Shown here: one piece after another, positions 32,539-41,845 of the stretch
Layout of the letters: each line of letters begins with the position of its first letter
How positions within the stretch are numbered: position 1 is the first letter of the stretch
DNA from: Nitrospira sp.
Lineage (GTDB): Bacteria > Nitrospirota > Nitrospiria > Nitrospirales > Nitrospiraceae
DNA length: 62,688 bases
Assembly (NCBI GenBank): GCA_031405355.1
Contig: JANNIV010000266.1
Coordinates: forward strand, 1 to 62,688
Direction of reading: 5' to 3'
Position numbers and translations under genes: made by a program
The notes under the pieces: model-generated
Databases searched by the model: none
The model's input: the letters and a program-made list of their open reading frames with translations, nothing else
Told to the model about the DNA's origin: nothing

Positions 32539-33990
32539 ATGAAAGATCGTATCGCTAAAGCGGTATTTTGGGTCGGATGGTCGAAAGGATTCGTCCAATT
32601 CCTCTCGTTTCTGAGCACGCTGTACATTGCCAGGCTGCTCGACCCGAACGACTACGGACTCATGGCCATGACCGGTATATGGGTAGGCGCGTTGGCGCTG
32701 TTGGTTGAAATGGGGTTAGGCGCAGCGGTCATTCAATTCAAGAATCTTGATGAACGTGAACTGAACATGTGCTTCTGGGGTACGTTGGTAACGGCTATCG
32801 CCGGTTGCCTGCTCCTCTATGCGGCTGCACCGGCAATTGCGGACTGGTTTGGTGTTCCACTGCTGTGTCAGGTCCTGCGAGTCGTCAGCCTGACCTTGCC
32901 GCTAACCGCCGTCAGGATCGTTCCGGACAGTCTGTTACGCAAAGCGCTGTCGCTGGACAAGACTTCGCAGGCCGAAATCGTGTCTGTCGGTATCGCGTTG
33001 CCGGTGCAGGTCATGCTAGCTGCTTACGGTGTCGGCGTATGGACATTGGTGACGGGCATGTTGTTGATGGCGTTCATCCAGAGTCTCCTCACGTTCAAGT
33101 TTTCTTCGTGGAGACCGGGTATACGGATGGGCAGCCCACGGCTGAAGGCCATCCTGGGATTCAGTTCAGCCAAGTTCGGCGGCAGTATTTGTTGGGCTGT
33201 CTACGACCAAATGGATGCCCTCGTGCTCGGAAAAATTTCAGGGGAGGGTGTGCTGGGTCTGTTTTCAATGGCTAAACAGCTCGCCTTGTTACCCGTGCAT
33301 AAAATCTCGGTCGTCGTGAATCAGCTTGCCTTTCCGGTTATGGCGGGGCTCCAAGACAACGTCGAACAAATGCGTTCGGTGCTCTTGCGGCAAATACGGA
33401 TTGTCTCCTGTTTGACCTTCCCGCTGTGCATCGGGCTTGCGCTGGTCGCCGAGGATCTTGTCTGGGTCGCGTTGACGGAGAAGTGGTTGCCGTTAGTACC
33501 GGTGCTTCAAGTTCTGTGCTGCACCGCGGTATTCCGTTCGCTCGAAACGGTGTTTCCCCCTGTGTTGATCGCGCGGTTTCGTGCCACGGTGTTGTTCTGG
33601 TGGACGGCTGGCCTAGTGCTGGTCATGCCGTTTGCATTTTGGGCCGGCGCAGCCTGGTTTGGCGCCATGGGGGTCGCATTGGTTTGGGCTCTCGTCTATC
33701 CGGCCATGATGGCGTGGATGGTGCATAAGGCTCTCATAGAATTGAGCCTCAGTTGGAGTGCCATTGTGGCTGAGGTGGCGCCGGTATTTAAGGCTACCCT
33801 GGCGATGGCGATTGTCGTGGCGACGTTTCATTCCACGGTTCATGCCGGCGATACCATGAGCCATCTACTTCGCTTGATACTGGCCATCGGAACCGGAGCC
33901 CTTGCCTATCTGGGCCTCATGTACTGGCAAGGGGGGCGGCTGATCGGCGAGGTGATGCAACTGGGGAGATGGGTGCTGGGTAGGGTTTAA
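32539..33990 (+). CDS. Wzx-type polysaccharide flippase (MOP superfamily), copy 2
   Basis: FWVGWSKGFVQFLSFLSTLYIARLLDPNDYGLMAM is paralogous to the N-terminus of copy 1. Multi-TM. Confidence 0.8.
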   Translation: MKDRIAKAVFWVGWSKGFVQFLSFLSTLYIARLLDPNDYGLMAMTGIWVGALALLVEMGLGAAVIQFKNLDERELNMCFWGTLVTAIAGCLLLYAAAPAIADWFGVPLLCQVLRVVSLTLPLTAVRIVPDSLLRKALSLDKTSQAEIVSVGIALPVQVMLAAYGVGVWTLVTGMLLMAFIQSLLTFKFSSWRPGIRMGSPRLKAILGFSSAKFGGSICWAVYDQMDALVLGKISGEGVLGLFSMAKQLALLPVHKISVVVNQLAFPVMAGLQDNVEQMRSVLLRQIRIVSCLTFPLCIGLALVAEDLVWVALTEKWLPLVPVLQVLCCTAVFRSLETVFPPVLIARFRATVLFWWTAGLVLVMPFAFWAGAAWFGAMGVALVWALVYPAMMAWMVHKALIELSLSWSAIVAEVAPVFKATLAMAIVVATFHSTVHAGDTMSHLLRLILAIGTGALAYLGLMYWQGGRLIGEVMQLGRWVLGRV

Positions 33991-34076
33991 GTTAATGCCG
34001 GAGAAGCGGGCCGGAGGGAGTTTGAAAAACGGCCCGGGCCAGTTTTCTCGTCACTGAGAGGGAGCGGGGATATTTC

Positions 34077-35027
34077 ATGAATCAAATAACACGAGGAATC
34101 CACGACGGTTTATGTTTGATCGTGATTCGACTCTTGAGAGGGTACTCGCTGTACACGCCGTTCCGAAAGGGACTTTGGCGGGTCGATGATCTGGTCACAA
34201 GAGCCGCGCGCTTGCTCTCGGATGAGCATCGAATGATTGTTCGTTCCCGTGACGGGAGAAAGTTTTGTGTGGATCCGAAGGAGAAGCAATATCATATGGG
34301 ATTGCTTGGAATGGGATCGTATGAGCCGATAGAGACCAGGGTGGTTACACAATGTCTATCGCAAGGTAATATCGCGATCGACGTTGGAGCGAATATCGGC
34401 TGGTATACCACGCTCCTAAGCCAGCTCGTAGGCCCCCGCGGCGCCGTCCACGCGTTTGAGCCGGTAATCAGCACACATCATGTGCTTGAGACGAACTGCC
34501 GGTTAAACGAGTGCACAAACGTAAAGCTGAATAGCATTGCGCTTGGTGACAGAGACGGTACAGTAACCATGCATTATTTCCCCGATGAGCCCTGTGGCAA
34601 TGCGTCTACCGTCAGGGCGCCGACCACTTCATCGGTTCAATCGACGTGCGATGTCACGACCCTGGACGCGTACGTCTTGAACAACCGTCTGAGCGGATGT
34701 GATTTTATCAAGTGCGATGCCGAAGGCGCAGAAATGGCCTTCATCAAAGGGGCTTCCAGCACCTTGCAAAAGTTTTTCCCGACTATTCTGCTCGAGGTCA
34801 ACCCTGTCATCTTTGCTATGGCCGGATATTCACCGGCAGACCTCCTGCGGAAAATCCGAGAGTATGTACCCTACCGGTTTTTTTCCATCGATAGGGGCGT
34901 GTATGAAGAAATTAAAGGCCTGGAGATGGCCAATCAGGTAGGTGGATATTCTAATGTTCTCTGTGTGCCGGACAGGTCATTGATGCTCGAGCGGATTTTT
35001 TCAATGCCGGAAGCCCTGACGCGCTAA
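34077..35027 (+). CDS. FkbM-family SAM-dependent methyltransferase
   Basis: IDVGANIGWYT, FEP, ...DFIKCDAEGAE blocks. Confidence 0.8.
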   Translation: MNQITRGIHDGLCLIVIRLLRGYSLYTPFRKGLWRVDDLVTRAARLLSDEHRMIVRSRDGRKFCVDPKEKQYHMGLLGMGSYEPIETRVVTQCLSQGNIAIDVGANIGWYTTLLSQLVGPRGAVHAFEPVISTHHVLETNCRLNECTNVKLNSIALGDRDGTVTMHYFPDEPCGNASTVRAPTTSSVQSTCDVTTLDAYVLNNRLSGCDFIKCDAEGAEMAFIKGASSTLQKFFPTILLEVNPVIFAMAGYSPADLLRKIREYVPYRFFSIDRGVYEEIKGLEMANQVGGYSNVLCVPDRSLMLERIFSMPEALTR

Positions 35028-35275
35028 GAACGAGTTGCTGGTGTTTTCTCGATCGACGTTAGATTCGATTCCTGTTGTCTGATTCTCCTGTGTTTGCATC
35101 ATCGTCGTGCAGCTTGCAGGGATCTTCTTTCTACCGAAACGGCATTATTCCGTGCAGGTGATGATTGCACCCTGGCCCAATTCCTACTCTTAGCCGATCC
35201 CGATGATCCGAACAGAGCGGGATGTCGCTGAATGGTTCTATGCGGGAAAATGGTGAGCGAAAGGATTGATCGAAT

Positions 35276-37216
35276 ATGTGTGGGATTGTCGCAGCGATAA
35301 ATTTTGATCGGACTGCCGTGGATAGCCGTCGTTTGGCGGTCATGCGGGATATGCTCCATCACCGAGGGCCGGACGACGAAGGGCTGTATGTCGACGGCCC
35401 TGTCGGCCTGGGGCATCGCCGCTTATCGATTATCGATCTTTCCGAGACCGGCCATCAGCCCATGTCGAACGAGGACGGCTCGGTCCGCGTGGTCTTCAAC
35501 GGCGAGATCTACAACTACCTTGAATTGACGCAAGCGCTGAAAGCGAAGGGCCATCGATTTTCGTCGTCTTCAGACACCGAAGTGATTCTCCATCAATACG
35601 AGGAAGAAGGAGAGGATTGCGTCAACCGGTTCAACGGGATGTTTTCGTTCGTTCTATGGGATCGGCGCCGGCGCCGGTTGTTTTCGGCCCGGGATCGGAT
35701 GGGCATCAAGCCGCTCTACTATTACCTGAGCCCAACGAAGTTGATCCTGGCTTCCGAGATCAAAGCGATCCTTGCGGATCCGGACGTTCCGAGGGCACTC
35801 GATCCCCAGGCGTTGGCCGATTATATGTTCTGCGGCCGGGCCTTGGGGGGCAAGACGATGTTTCGGAATATCCGTGAGGTCGAACCGGGGCATTGGTTGA
35901 GCGTTGATCTGGAGACCGGACGGCCTGTGATTCGGAAATACTGGCAGCTACATTATAACTATGACCGTTCGCGATCGGACGAAGCGGTAAAAGAAGAACT
36001 GCTCTATCGGCTGGACGAATCCGTCAAGATCCATTGTCGAAGTGATGCCGCCTTAGGGGCTCACTTGAGCGGAGGGCTGGATTCCAGCACGGTGGCTGCC
36101 CTGGCCGCGCGGCATCGCCAAGGGCTCAAAACCTTTTCAATCCGGTTTGCCGAAAACGGATTTCTGGACGAGACCCGTTTCGCCAAGGCCGTGGCCAGGC
36201 ATGTGGGAGCCGAATACTGTGAAGGCGAGCCTACTCCCATGGACATGGCCACTCGGCTTCCGTACTTGCTCTGGCATATGGATGTTCCGATGGCATCCCA
36301 GGGAGGCTTCGCCTATTTCATGACCTCCCAACTGGCCCAGCGCCACGTGAAGGTGTCTCTAACCGGGCATGGCGGTGACGAGTTGTTCGCGGGCTACCCA
36401 GCACAATTTCAGGCCAGTTTCGGTCGCACAGATATGTTTTTGCGGATGAACTATTCACATCGCATTGCCAAGGCTCCTATTGAGCGGTCTGTGATCAAGT
36501 CGCTGTTCGACCGCGGCATGGTAGGGTTGTATAGGTCGGTCCAGGACCGGTTGTTCAAACCTGAGAAAAATATCCGAGACCTTTGGATTCAATTGCATTG
36601 CAATCACTGGCCTGGGGGAAATCCGATCTTCGAGACCGATTTCAGGAAGGGGCTCGATGGCTATACTCCTGTCGATGATTATAGCGAGCCCTTTCATGAA
36701 GTCGGTACCGATCAGGTCCTGGATCAATGTCTCTATCATGATCTCGTGACGTACCTTCCCAGCCTGCTGCATCTCGAAGATCGCGTCAGCATGGCGCTTT
36801 CAATCGAGTCCAGGGTCCCCCTTCTCGACCATCGTCTTGTCGAGTATCTCGCTACGGTGCCGCCGGATCAAAAGGTGAGAGGGCTCGTGCCCAAGCATCT
36901 CTTACGACAGGTTGCCTCGGAACTGCTTCCGGAAGAGGTGTCGCAGAGGAAAGACAAATGCAATTTTCCCGTTCCGGATAATTTCTGGATGTCGCGTGAG
37001 ATGAAGGAGTTTACGGAGTCGGTCCTGATTGCCCCGGAAAGCTTGCAACGAGGGCTCTTTAAGCCCGAGACCCTGAAGCAGGCCTGCCATTACGGCGATT
37101 TGACTTGGGCGCTGATGAACGTAGAGCTGTGGTGCAAGATCTTTATCGATCAGGATCCAAATTGGACGGATCGGATCGCTCTGCATGCTACAGCTCATGC
37201 AGCAAGCGACAGATAG
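35276..37216 (+). CDS. Asparagine synthase-type glutamine amidotransferase (AsnB family), copy 1
   Basis: MCGIVAA with Cys2 nucleophile. Also HRGPDD, RRLSIIDL and the SGGLDSS PP-loop. Confidence 0.92.
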   Translation: MCGIVAAINFDRTAVDSRRLAVMRDMLHHRGPDDEGLYVDGPVGLGHRRLSIIDLSETGHQPMSNEDGSVRVVFNGEIYNYLELTQALKAKGHRFSSSSDTEVILHQYEEEGEDCVNRFNGMFSFVLWDRRRRRLFSARDRMGIKPLYYYLSPTKLILASEIKAILADPDVPRALDPQALADYMFCGRALGGKTMFRNIREVEPGHWLSVDLETGRPVIRKYWQLHYNYDRSRSDEAVKEELLYRLDESVKIHCRSDAALGAHLSGGLDSSTVAALAARHRQGLKTFSIRFAENGFLDETRFAKAVARHVGAEYCEGEPTPMDMATRLPYLLWHMDVPMASQGGFAYFMTSQLAQRHVKVSLTGHGGDELFAGYPAQFQASFGRTDMFLRMNYSHRIAKAPIERSVIKSLFDRGMVGLYRSVQDRLFKPEKNIRDLWIQLHCNHWPGGNPIFETDFRKGLDGYTPVDDYSEPFHEVGTDQVLDQCLYHDLVTYLPSLLHLEDRVSMALSIESRVPLLDHRLVEYLATVPPDQKVRGLVPKHLLRQVASELLPEEVSQRKDKCNFPVPDNFWMSREMKEFTESVLIAPESLQRGLFKPETLKQACHYGDLTWALMNVELWCKIFIDQDPNWTDRIALHATAHAASDR

Positions 37217-37313
37217 CGTTCGCACCGCGTAAGCCTTTCTTGGCAAAAGTATCTTTTGACACCCCGGTTCAGAGCATGGTCGGTGGTGTCCTCGTGGAGA
37301 AGGAGTCTGAAGA

Positions 37314-38117
37314 ATGACGGTGAGAAATGGAGGAGTAAAGCACGCGGTCAAAGCGGCGCTCGGCCAGGGGCTTCTCGGCCTACGTGTCCATCGGATGATC
37401 GAGGCGGAACGAGGGCTCATTGTCGTTTTTCATCGGGTGAATCGCTTCCCGACTACGGATGGATTGACTGCGACCCCGGAAAGGTTTGAAGAGTTTTGCC
37501 GGTTCTTCTCCCGCTACTTTAACGTGGTTTCGCTTACGACGTTTATTCAGGCGCTTGAACAAGGGCGATCTGTGGGAGGAATGCTGGCGATTACCTTTGA
37601 CGATGGATACCTTGACAACTATGAAATCGCCGCGCCCATCCTCACGCGCTTGGATTTGCCGGCGACATTTTTCGTGACGACGCGGTTTATTGGATCGGAG
37701 ATCGTTCCTTGGTGGGACCGAGAAATCGGGATGGTCTTTCCATGGATGAATTGGGGCCAGGTGAGGGCGCTCCACGCCCAGGGATTTGAGATTGGAGCCC
37801 ACACGAGAACCCATTCGGACTTGGGTCTGGTCGCAGGCGCTGCGGCTATGGACGAAATTCAGGGCTCTCGCTTCGACCTGGAAGATCAACTCGGCGCACA
37901 GGTTCAGCACTTTGCCTATCCCTATGGTCGTGAACATCAACTCATGGAGTCCAACCGCGACCTCGTCGCTCAGGCGGGATTTCGGTGTTGCTGCTCGTCT
38001 TATGGGGGAAGCAACACGAAAACCACGAGCCCTCTGTTTGTGCGGCGACAGCCTATCTCTTCCTGGTTTTCATCACCGTATGAACTCGGGTTTGAGTTCG
38101 CGGCCCTCAAGATTTGA
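37314..38117 (+). CDS. Polysaccharide deacetylase (NodB homology domain)
   Basis: ITFDDGYLDNY, ATFFV, GAHTRTH, YPYG. Confidence 0.85.
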   Translation: MTVRNGGVKHAVKAALGQGLLGLRVHRMIEAERGLIVVFHRVNRFPTTDGLTATPERFEEFCRFFSRYFNVVSLTTFIQALEQGRSVGGMLAITFDDGYLDNYEIAAPILTRLDLPATFFVTTRFIGSEIVPWWDREIGMVFPWMNWGQVRALHAQGFEIGAHTRTHSDLGLVAGAAAMDEIQGSRFDLEDQLGAQVQHFAYPYGREHQLMESNRDLVAQAGFRCCCSSYGGSNTKTTSPLFVRRQPISSWFSSPYELGFEFAALKI

Positions 38118-38178
38118 AGAGAGTCAGATGTCGTTTGTTGCGTGAATAACAGTGCTGGTTCAACCAGGCAGTAGAAAT

Positions 38179-39219
38179 ATGATTCTTCGAGTAGAGCACA
38201 ATGAAAGGGCCGAAGAAGCCTATCTCTGGGACAGGTACGTTCTGGACCATCCCCTGGGGACTGGATACCATCTGGTCGCTTGGAGAAGCGTAATTGAGAA
38301 ATCGTTCGGGCATTCCACCATCTATCTCATGGCAGTCGACCACAAGAAGCAAGTACGTGGGGTGCTTCCCTTGGTGGTGTTGTCCAGCAAGCTGTTTGGG
38401 CGGTTCATGGTTTCTGTTCCCTTCTTCAATTACGGGGGAATTCTGGCAGACTCACGGCCTGTTGAGGAAGAGTTGCTGTTTGCAGCAGCAGCCATCGCTA
38501 CGGAACAGAAGGTATCTCATATTGAGCTCCGCCAACAGAGCCTCCTGAATCTCGGGCTGCCCTCAAAGGTCCACAAAGTGTCGATGCGTCTCCAGCTTCC
38601 CCAGGATGCCGAGGCCCTCTGGAAGACCTTCCCTTCCAAGCTGCGCAGTCAAATTCGCCGCGGAGAGAAAGAAGGACTGACTGCAAAGCTTGGAGGGCTA
38701 GAGTTGCTCAATGATTTCTATGGCGTGTTCGCAAGAAACATGCGGGATTTAGGAACCCCTGTCTACGGCAAGGATTTTTTCCGTGCGATTCTTCAGACTT
38801 TTCCAAAAGAGTCGAAGGTCTGTGTCGTGTACCACGGAGAGACACCATTGGCAGCTGGTTTTCTCTACGGACATCGGCAAACACTGGAGATTCCTTGGGC
38901 ATCTTCGGATCGGCGCTGGGCACGGTTTGCCCCCAACATGATGCTGTACGGCACCGTGTTGAAGTTCGCTTGTGAGAACGGGTATCGCGAGTTTGATTTC
39001 GGCCGGTCTAGCGCGGACAGCAAGACCTATCAGTTTAAGGCGCAATGGGGCGCAAAGCCGGTTCAGCTTCGCTGGTACTATTGGCTTCAGGAAGGATCGG
39101 ATTTGCCTGAGATCAACCCACAGAATCCGAAGTATCACCTTGCCATTGAGATGTGGAAGCGGTTGCCGGTCGGCCTGACGACGTTGATCGGTCCCCGGAT
39201 ATCCAGGTACCTGCCATGA
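38179..39219 (+). CDS. FemAB-like / GNAT-fold transferase, exosortase-locus type, copy 2
   Basis: LRSQIRRGEKEGL, ...VVYHGETPLAAGFLYGHR.TLEIPWASS and EFDFGRS. Same block order as 25876-26901. Confidence 0.7.
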   Translation: MILRVEHNERAEEAYLWDRYVLDHPLGTGYHLVAWRSVIEKSFGHSTIYLMAVDHKKQVRGVLPLVVLSSKLFGRFMVSVPFFNYGGILADSRPVEEELLFAAAAIATEQKVSHIELRQQSLLNLGLPSKVHKVSMRLQLPQDAEALWKTFPSKLRSQIRRGEKEGLTAKLGGLELLNDFYGVFARNMRDLGTPVYGKDFFRAILQTFPKESKVCVVYHGETPLAAGFLYGHRQTLEIPWASSDRRWARFAPNMMLYGTVLKFACENGYREFDFGRSSADSKTYQFKAQWGAKPVQLRWYYWLQEGSDLPEINPQNPKYHLAIEMWKRLPVGLTTLIGPRISRYLP

Positions 39220-40490
39220 AAATGCAACGCCATCTTCCGCCGACTGCCGCCCCGCTGGCTTTTCAGGATCTTGTAAAAGGAGCGCTGGGGCTGGTCTGTG
39301 CGAGATCGTTTCAGAGGACGCTGGAATCGGAAATCAAGACCTTTTTCGATGTGAAACATGTGTTTCTTCTGACATCGGGGAAAGCCGCTCTGACCACCAT
39401 TCTCAGGGGACTGAAGGCAAACTCATCGCGGTCCCAAGTCATCATTCCAGCCTATACCTGTTTCTCCGTTCCTTCCGCCATACTGAAGGCGGGCTTGGAC
39501 GTCGTTCTGTGCGATGTCGATCCTCACACACTAGACCTAAATCTGCAGCGTCTGCGCGAAACCGTTGGGCCTGACACGCTTGCTATCGTGGTGCCGCATC
39601 TGCTGGGGCAGCCAGCCGACATACCCGCCATTCGGGGGATTGCCGAGCCGGTGGGGGCCCTTATAATTGAAGATGCCGCTCAGGCCATGGGATGCAAGTC
39701 TGAGGGGCGCTGGTTGGGCACCCAGGGCGATATCGGGTTTTTTAGTGTGGGTCGGGGAAAGAACCTGTCTGCCGGGTCGGGAGGAGTCATTGTGACGAAC
39801 TCTGACCGTCTCGCGGAGTCCGTTAGGCGGGAATACGCGAGACTGGCATCCGAACCGATCATGGCGATTATCGGCAACTTTTTGAAGGTTGTGGTGGCAA
39901 CATTGCTTATCCATCCCAAACTCTACTGGATTCCTGCTGGGATTCCAGTCCTTGGGCTGGGCGAGACCAAGTTTTATTCGGACTTTCCAGTCTGCCGAAT
40001 GGATGGGGTAAGAGTCGGGCTACTCTCTTCATGGAGAGGCAGACTGGATGAGTCGAACAGATGTCGAGTTCAGACGAGAAGAAATTTTCTCGATAGGCTT
40101 TCTCAGGCCGCGGAACGATTCCTCGTACACCCATCGGAAGCGGTTCTCAATCTGAGGTTGCCGGTGCTGATGCCAACGGCTCAACAGAAAGAAGCCCTCT
40201 GCGTTGCGGCAAAGCTTAATGGATTGGGGATCAGCGGCTTGTACCCTGCGCCGATTTCGAAAATTTCCGACATTGCCGCGATGTTCGGATCACGCCGATA
40301 TCCTGGAGCCGAGGCCCTATCGGCAAGACTCGTGACGTTGCCGCTCCACCGATTTGTGACGGAGACCGATGTCGATCGAATCTGCGCCGTCGTCGGCCAA
40401 TACTTTGAAGAGTCAGGAGAGACACCTGCTCAAGATTGCCGATCGCACGAAGATAGTCTTCAACGAAAGGTGTTTCCGAGCGCCCGGTAG
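39216..40490 (+). CDS. DegT/DnrJ/EryC1/StrS-family PLP-dependent sugar aminotransferase
   Basis: ATGA overlap. Has SGKAALT, IIPAYTCFSVPSA, IIEDAAQAMG and FFSVGRGKNLSAG (PLP lysine). Confidence 0.85.
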   Translation: MKMQRHLPPTAAPLAFQDLVKGALGLVCARSFQRTLESEIKTFFDVKHVFLLTSGKAALTTILRGLKANSSRSQVIIPAYTCFSVPSAILKAGLDVVLCDVDPHTLDLNLQRLRETVGPDTLAIVVPHLLGQPADIPAIRGIAEPVGALIIEDAAQAMGCKSEGRWLGTQGDIGFFSVGRGKNLSAGSGGVIVTNSDRLAESVRREYARLASEPIMAIIGNFLKVVVATLLIHPKLYWIPAGIPVLGLGETKFYSDFPVCRMDGVRVGLLSSWRGRLDESNRCRVQTRRNFLDRLSQAAERFLVHPSEAVLNLRLPVLMPTAQQKEALCVAAKLNGLGISGLYPAPISKISDIAAMFGSRRYPGAEALSARLVTLPLHRFVTETDVDRICAVVGQYFEESGETPAQDCRSHEDSLQRKVFPSAR

Positions 40491-40666
40491 AGAAATTATT
40501 CTGATCTCCGATGGATCCGAGTTCTGGGGATGGTACTCGGAGAGGAATGAGTCGAGAGATACGACTTGGCGTAATCAGGCGAATGGCAGCCGCCCTTTGC
40601 GAAATCCGACATAAGCGTACGCGCCGGCATATCACTTCTCATCGTGCCGATTAGCTGACTGATTGT

Positions 40667-41803
40667 ATGATTACATTCGAGATCACATTTTGGCTTTCGC
40701 TGGCATTGGTGGGATATTCCTACGTCGGCTACCCATTCTTGCTATGGGTGCTGTCCTTCTTTAGAGCCTACGATGTCGTTCGGGGGAACAGCACTCCCTC
40801 AGTAACCTATATCGTCACCGCCTATAACGAAGAAAAACGGATTGCCGAGAAACTGGATAACACCCTCGCCTTGACGTATCCATCCGCGCTACTCGAGATC
40901 CTCGTGGCGTCAGACTGTTCCTCGGACAACACGGATGCGATTGTTTCATCGTATGCGGGCAGAGGGATCCGGCTAGTCCGCTCGCCGAAACGGAAAGGGA
41001 AAGAGGCAGCGCAGAAGCTGGCGGTTGAGGTAGCGAAAGGGGAGATTCTCGTCTTCTCAGACGTGGCGACGATTCTTCCAAAAGACGCCATCTCCAACAT
41101 CGTTCGTAGCTTTCAGGATCCGACAGTAGGGTGCGTCAGCAGTGTGGATCGCTTCATCGATCAGGATGGCCGGGTCAGCGGTGAAGGAGCCTATGTGAAG
41201 TATGAGATGTTCTTGCGATCGCTGGAAACGCGCGTGAACTCTCTCGTTGGTCTCAGCGGGTCGTTTTTTGCGGCCAGAAGGATCGTCTGTCAGCCTTGGG
41301 CGGACGATTTGCAGAGCGACTTCAGTACGCTCTTGAATTCCATATCCTTGGGGATGCGGGGCGTGTCCGATCAGACGAGTGTAGGCTATTACAAAAATCT
41401 CGCCAGCGAACAGCAAGAGTATCAAAGAAAAGTAAGAACAGTCGTGCGAGGATTATCAGTGCTTGCGCGGAGGCGTGGAATGCTGAATCCGTTGCGCCAC
41501 GGATTATTTTCTTGGCAATTATTCAGCCACAAACTATGCCGTTGGCTTGTGCCCTTCGGGCTTCTTGCTGCGTTGGTCAGTAACCTTGTGCTTGCCTCAC
41601 ACACGAGCTTCTTCATGTGTGCGTTCATTATACAGCTGTGTTTCTATGGCATTGCAACTGTAGGGGTTGTCTCCATCCGTGCGCGTCGATCTATGGTGAG
41701 GTTGGCGGCGTTCTTTGTGATGGTCAATGTGTCGATTCTCGATGCGTGGATTCGATTCTTTCGGGGGCAGAGAGTTGTGGCCTGGGAATCTTCACGGCGA
41801 TAG
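40667..41803 (+). CDS. Family-2 glycosyltransferase with C-terminal TM segments
   Basis: VTYIVTAYNEEKRI, ILVASDCSSDNT and VFSDV (DxD), followed by 3-4 TM helices. Confidence 0.85.
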   Translation: MITFEITFWLSLALVGYSYVGYPFLLWVLSFFRAYDVVRGNSTPSVTYIVTAYNEEKRIAEKLDNTLALTYPSALLEILVASDCSSDNTDAIVSSYAGRGIRLVRSPKRKGKEAAQKLAVEVAKGEILVFSDVATILPKDAISNIVRSFQDPTVGCVSSVDRFIDQDGRVSGEGAYVKYEMFLRSLETRVNSLVGLSGSFFAARRIVCQPWADDLQSDFSTLLNSISLGMRGVSDQTSVGYYKNLASEQQEYQRKVRTVVRGLSVLARRRGMLNPLRHGLFSWQLFSHKLCRWLVPFGLLAALVSNLVLASHTSFFMCAFIIQLCFYGIATVGVVSIRARRSMVRLAAFFVMVNVSILDAWIRFFRGQRVVAWESSRR

Positions 41804-41845
41804 TCCCTCGGAGAAAATCGAGGTTCTTTAGGTAGGGAGGGGAGT

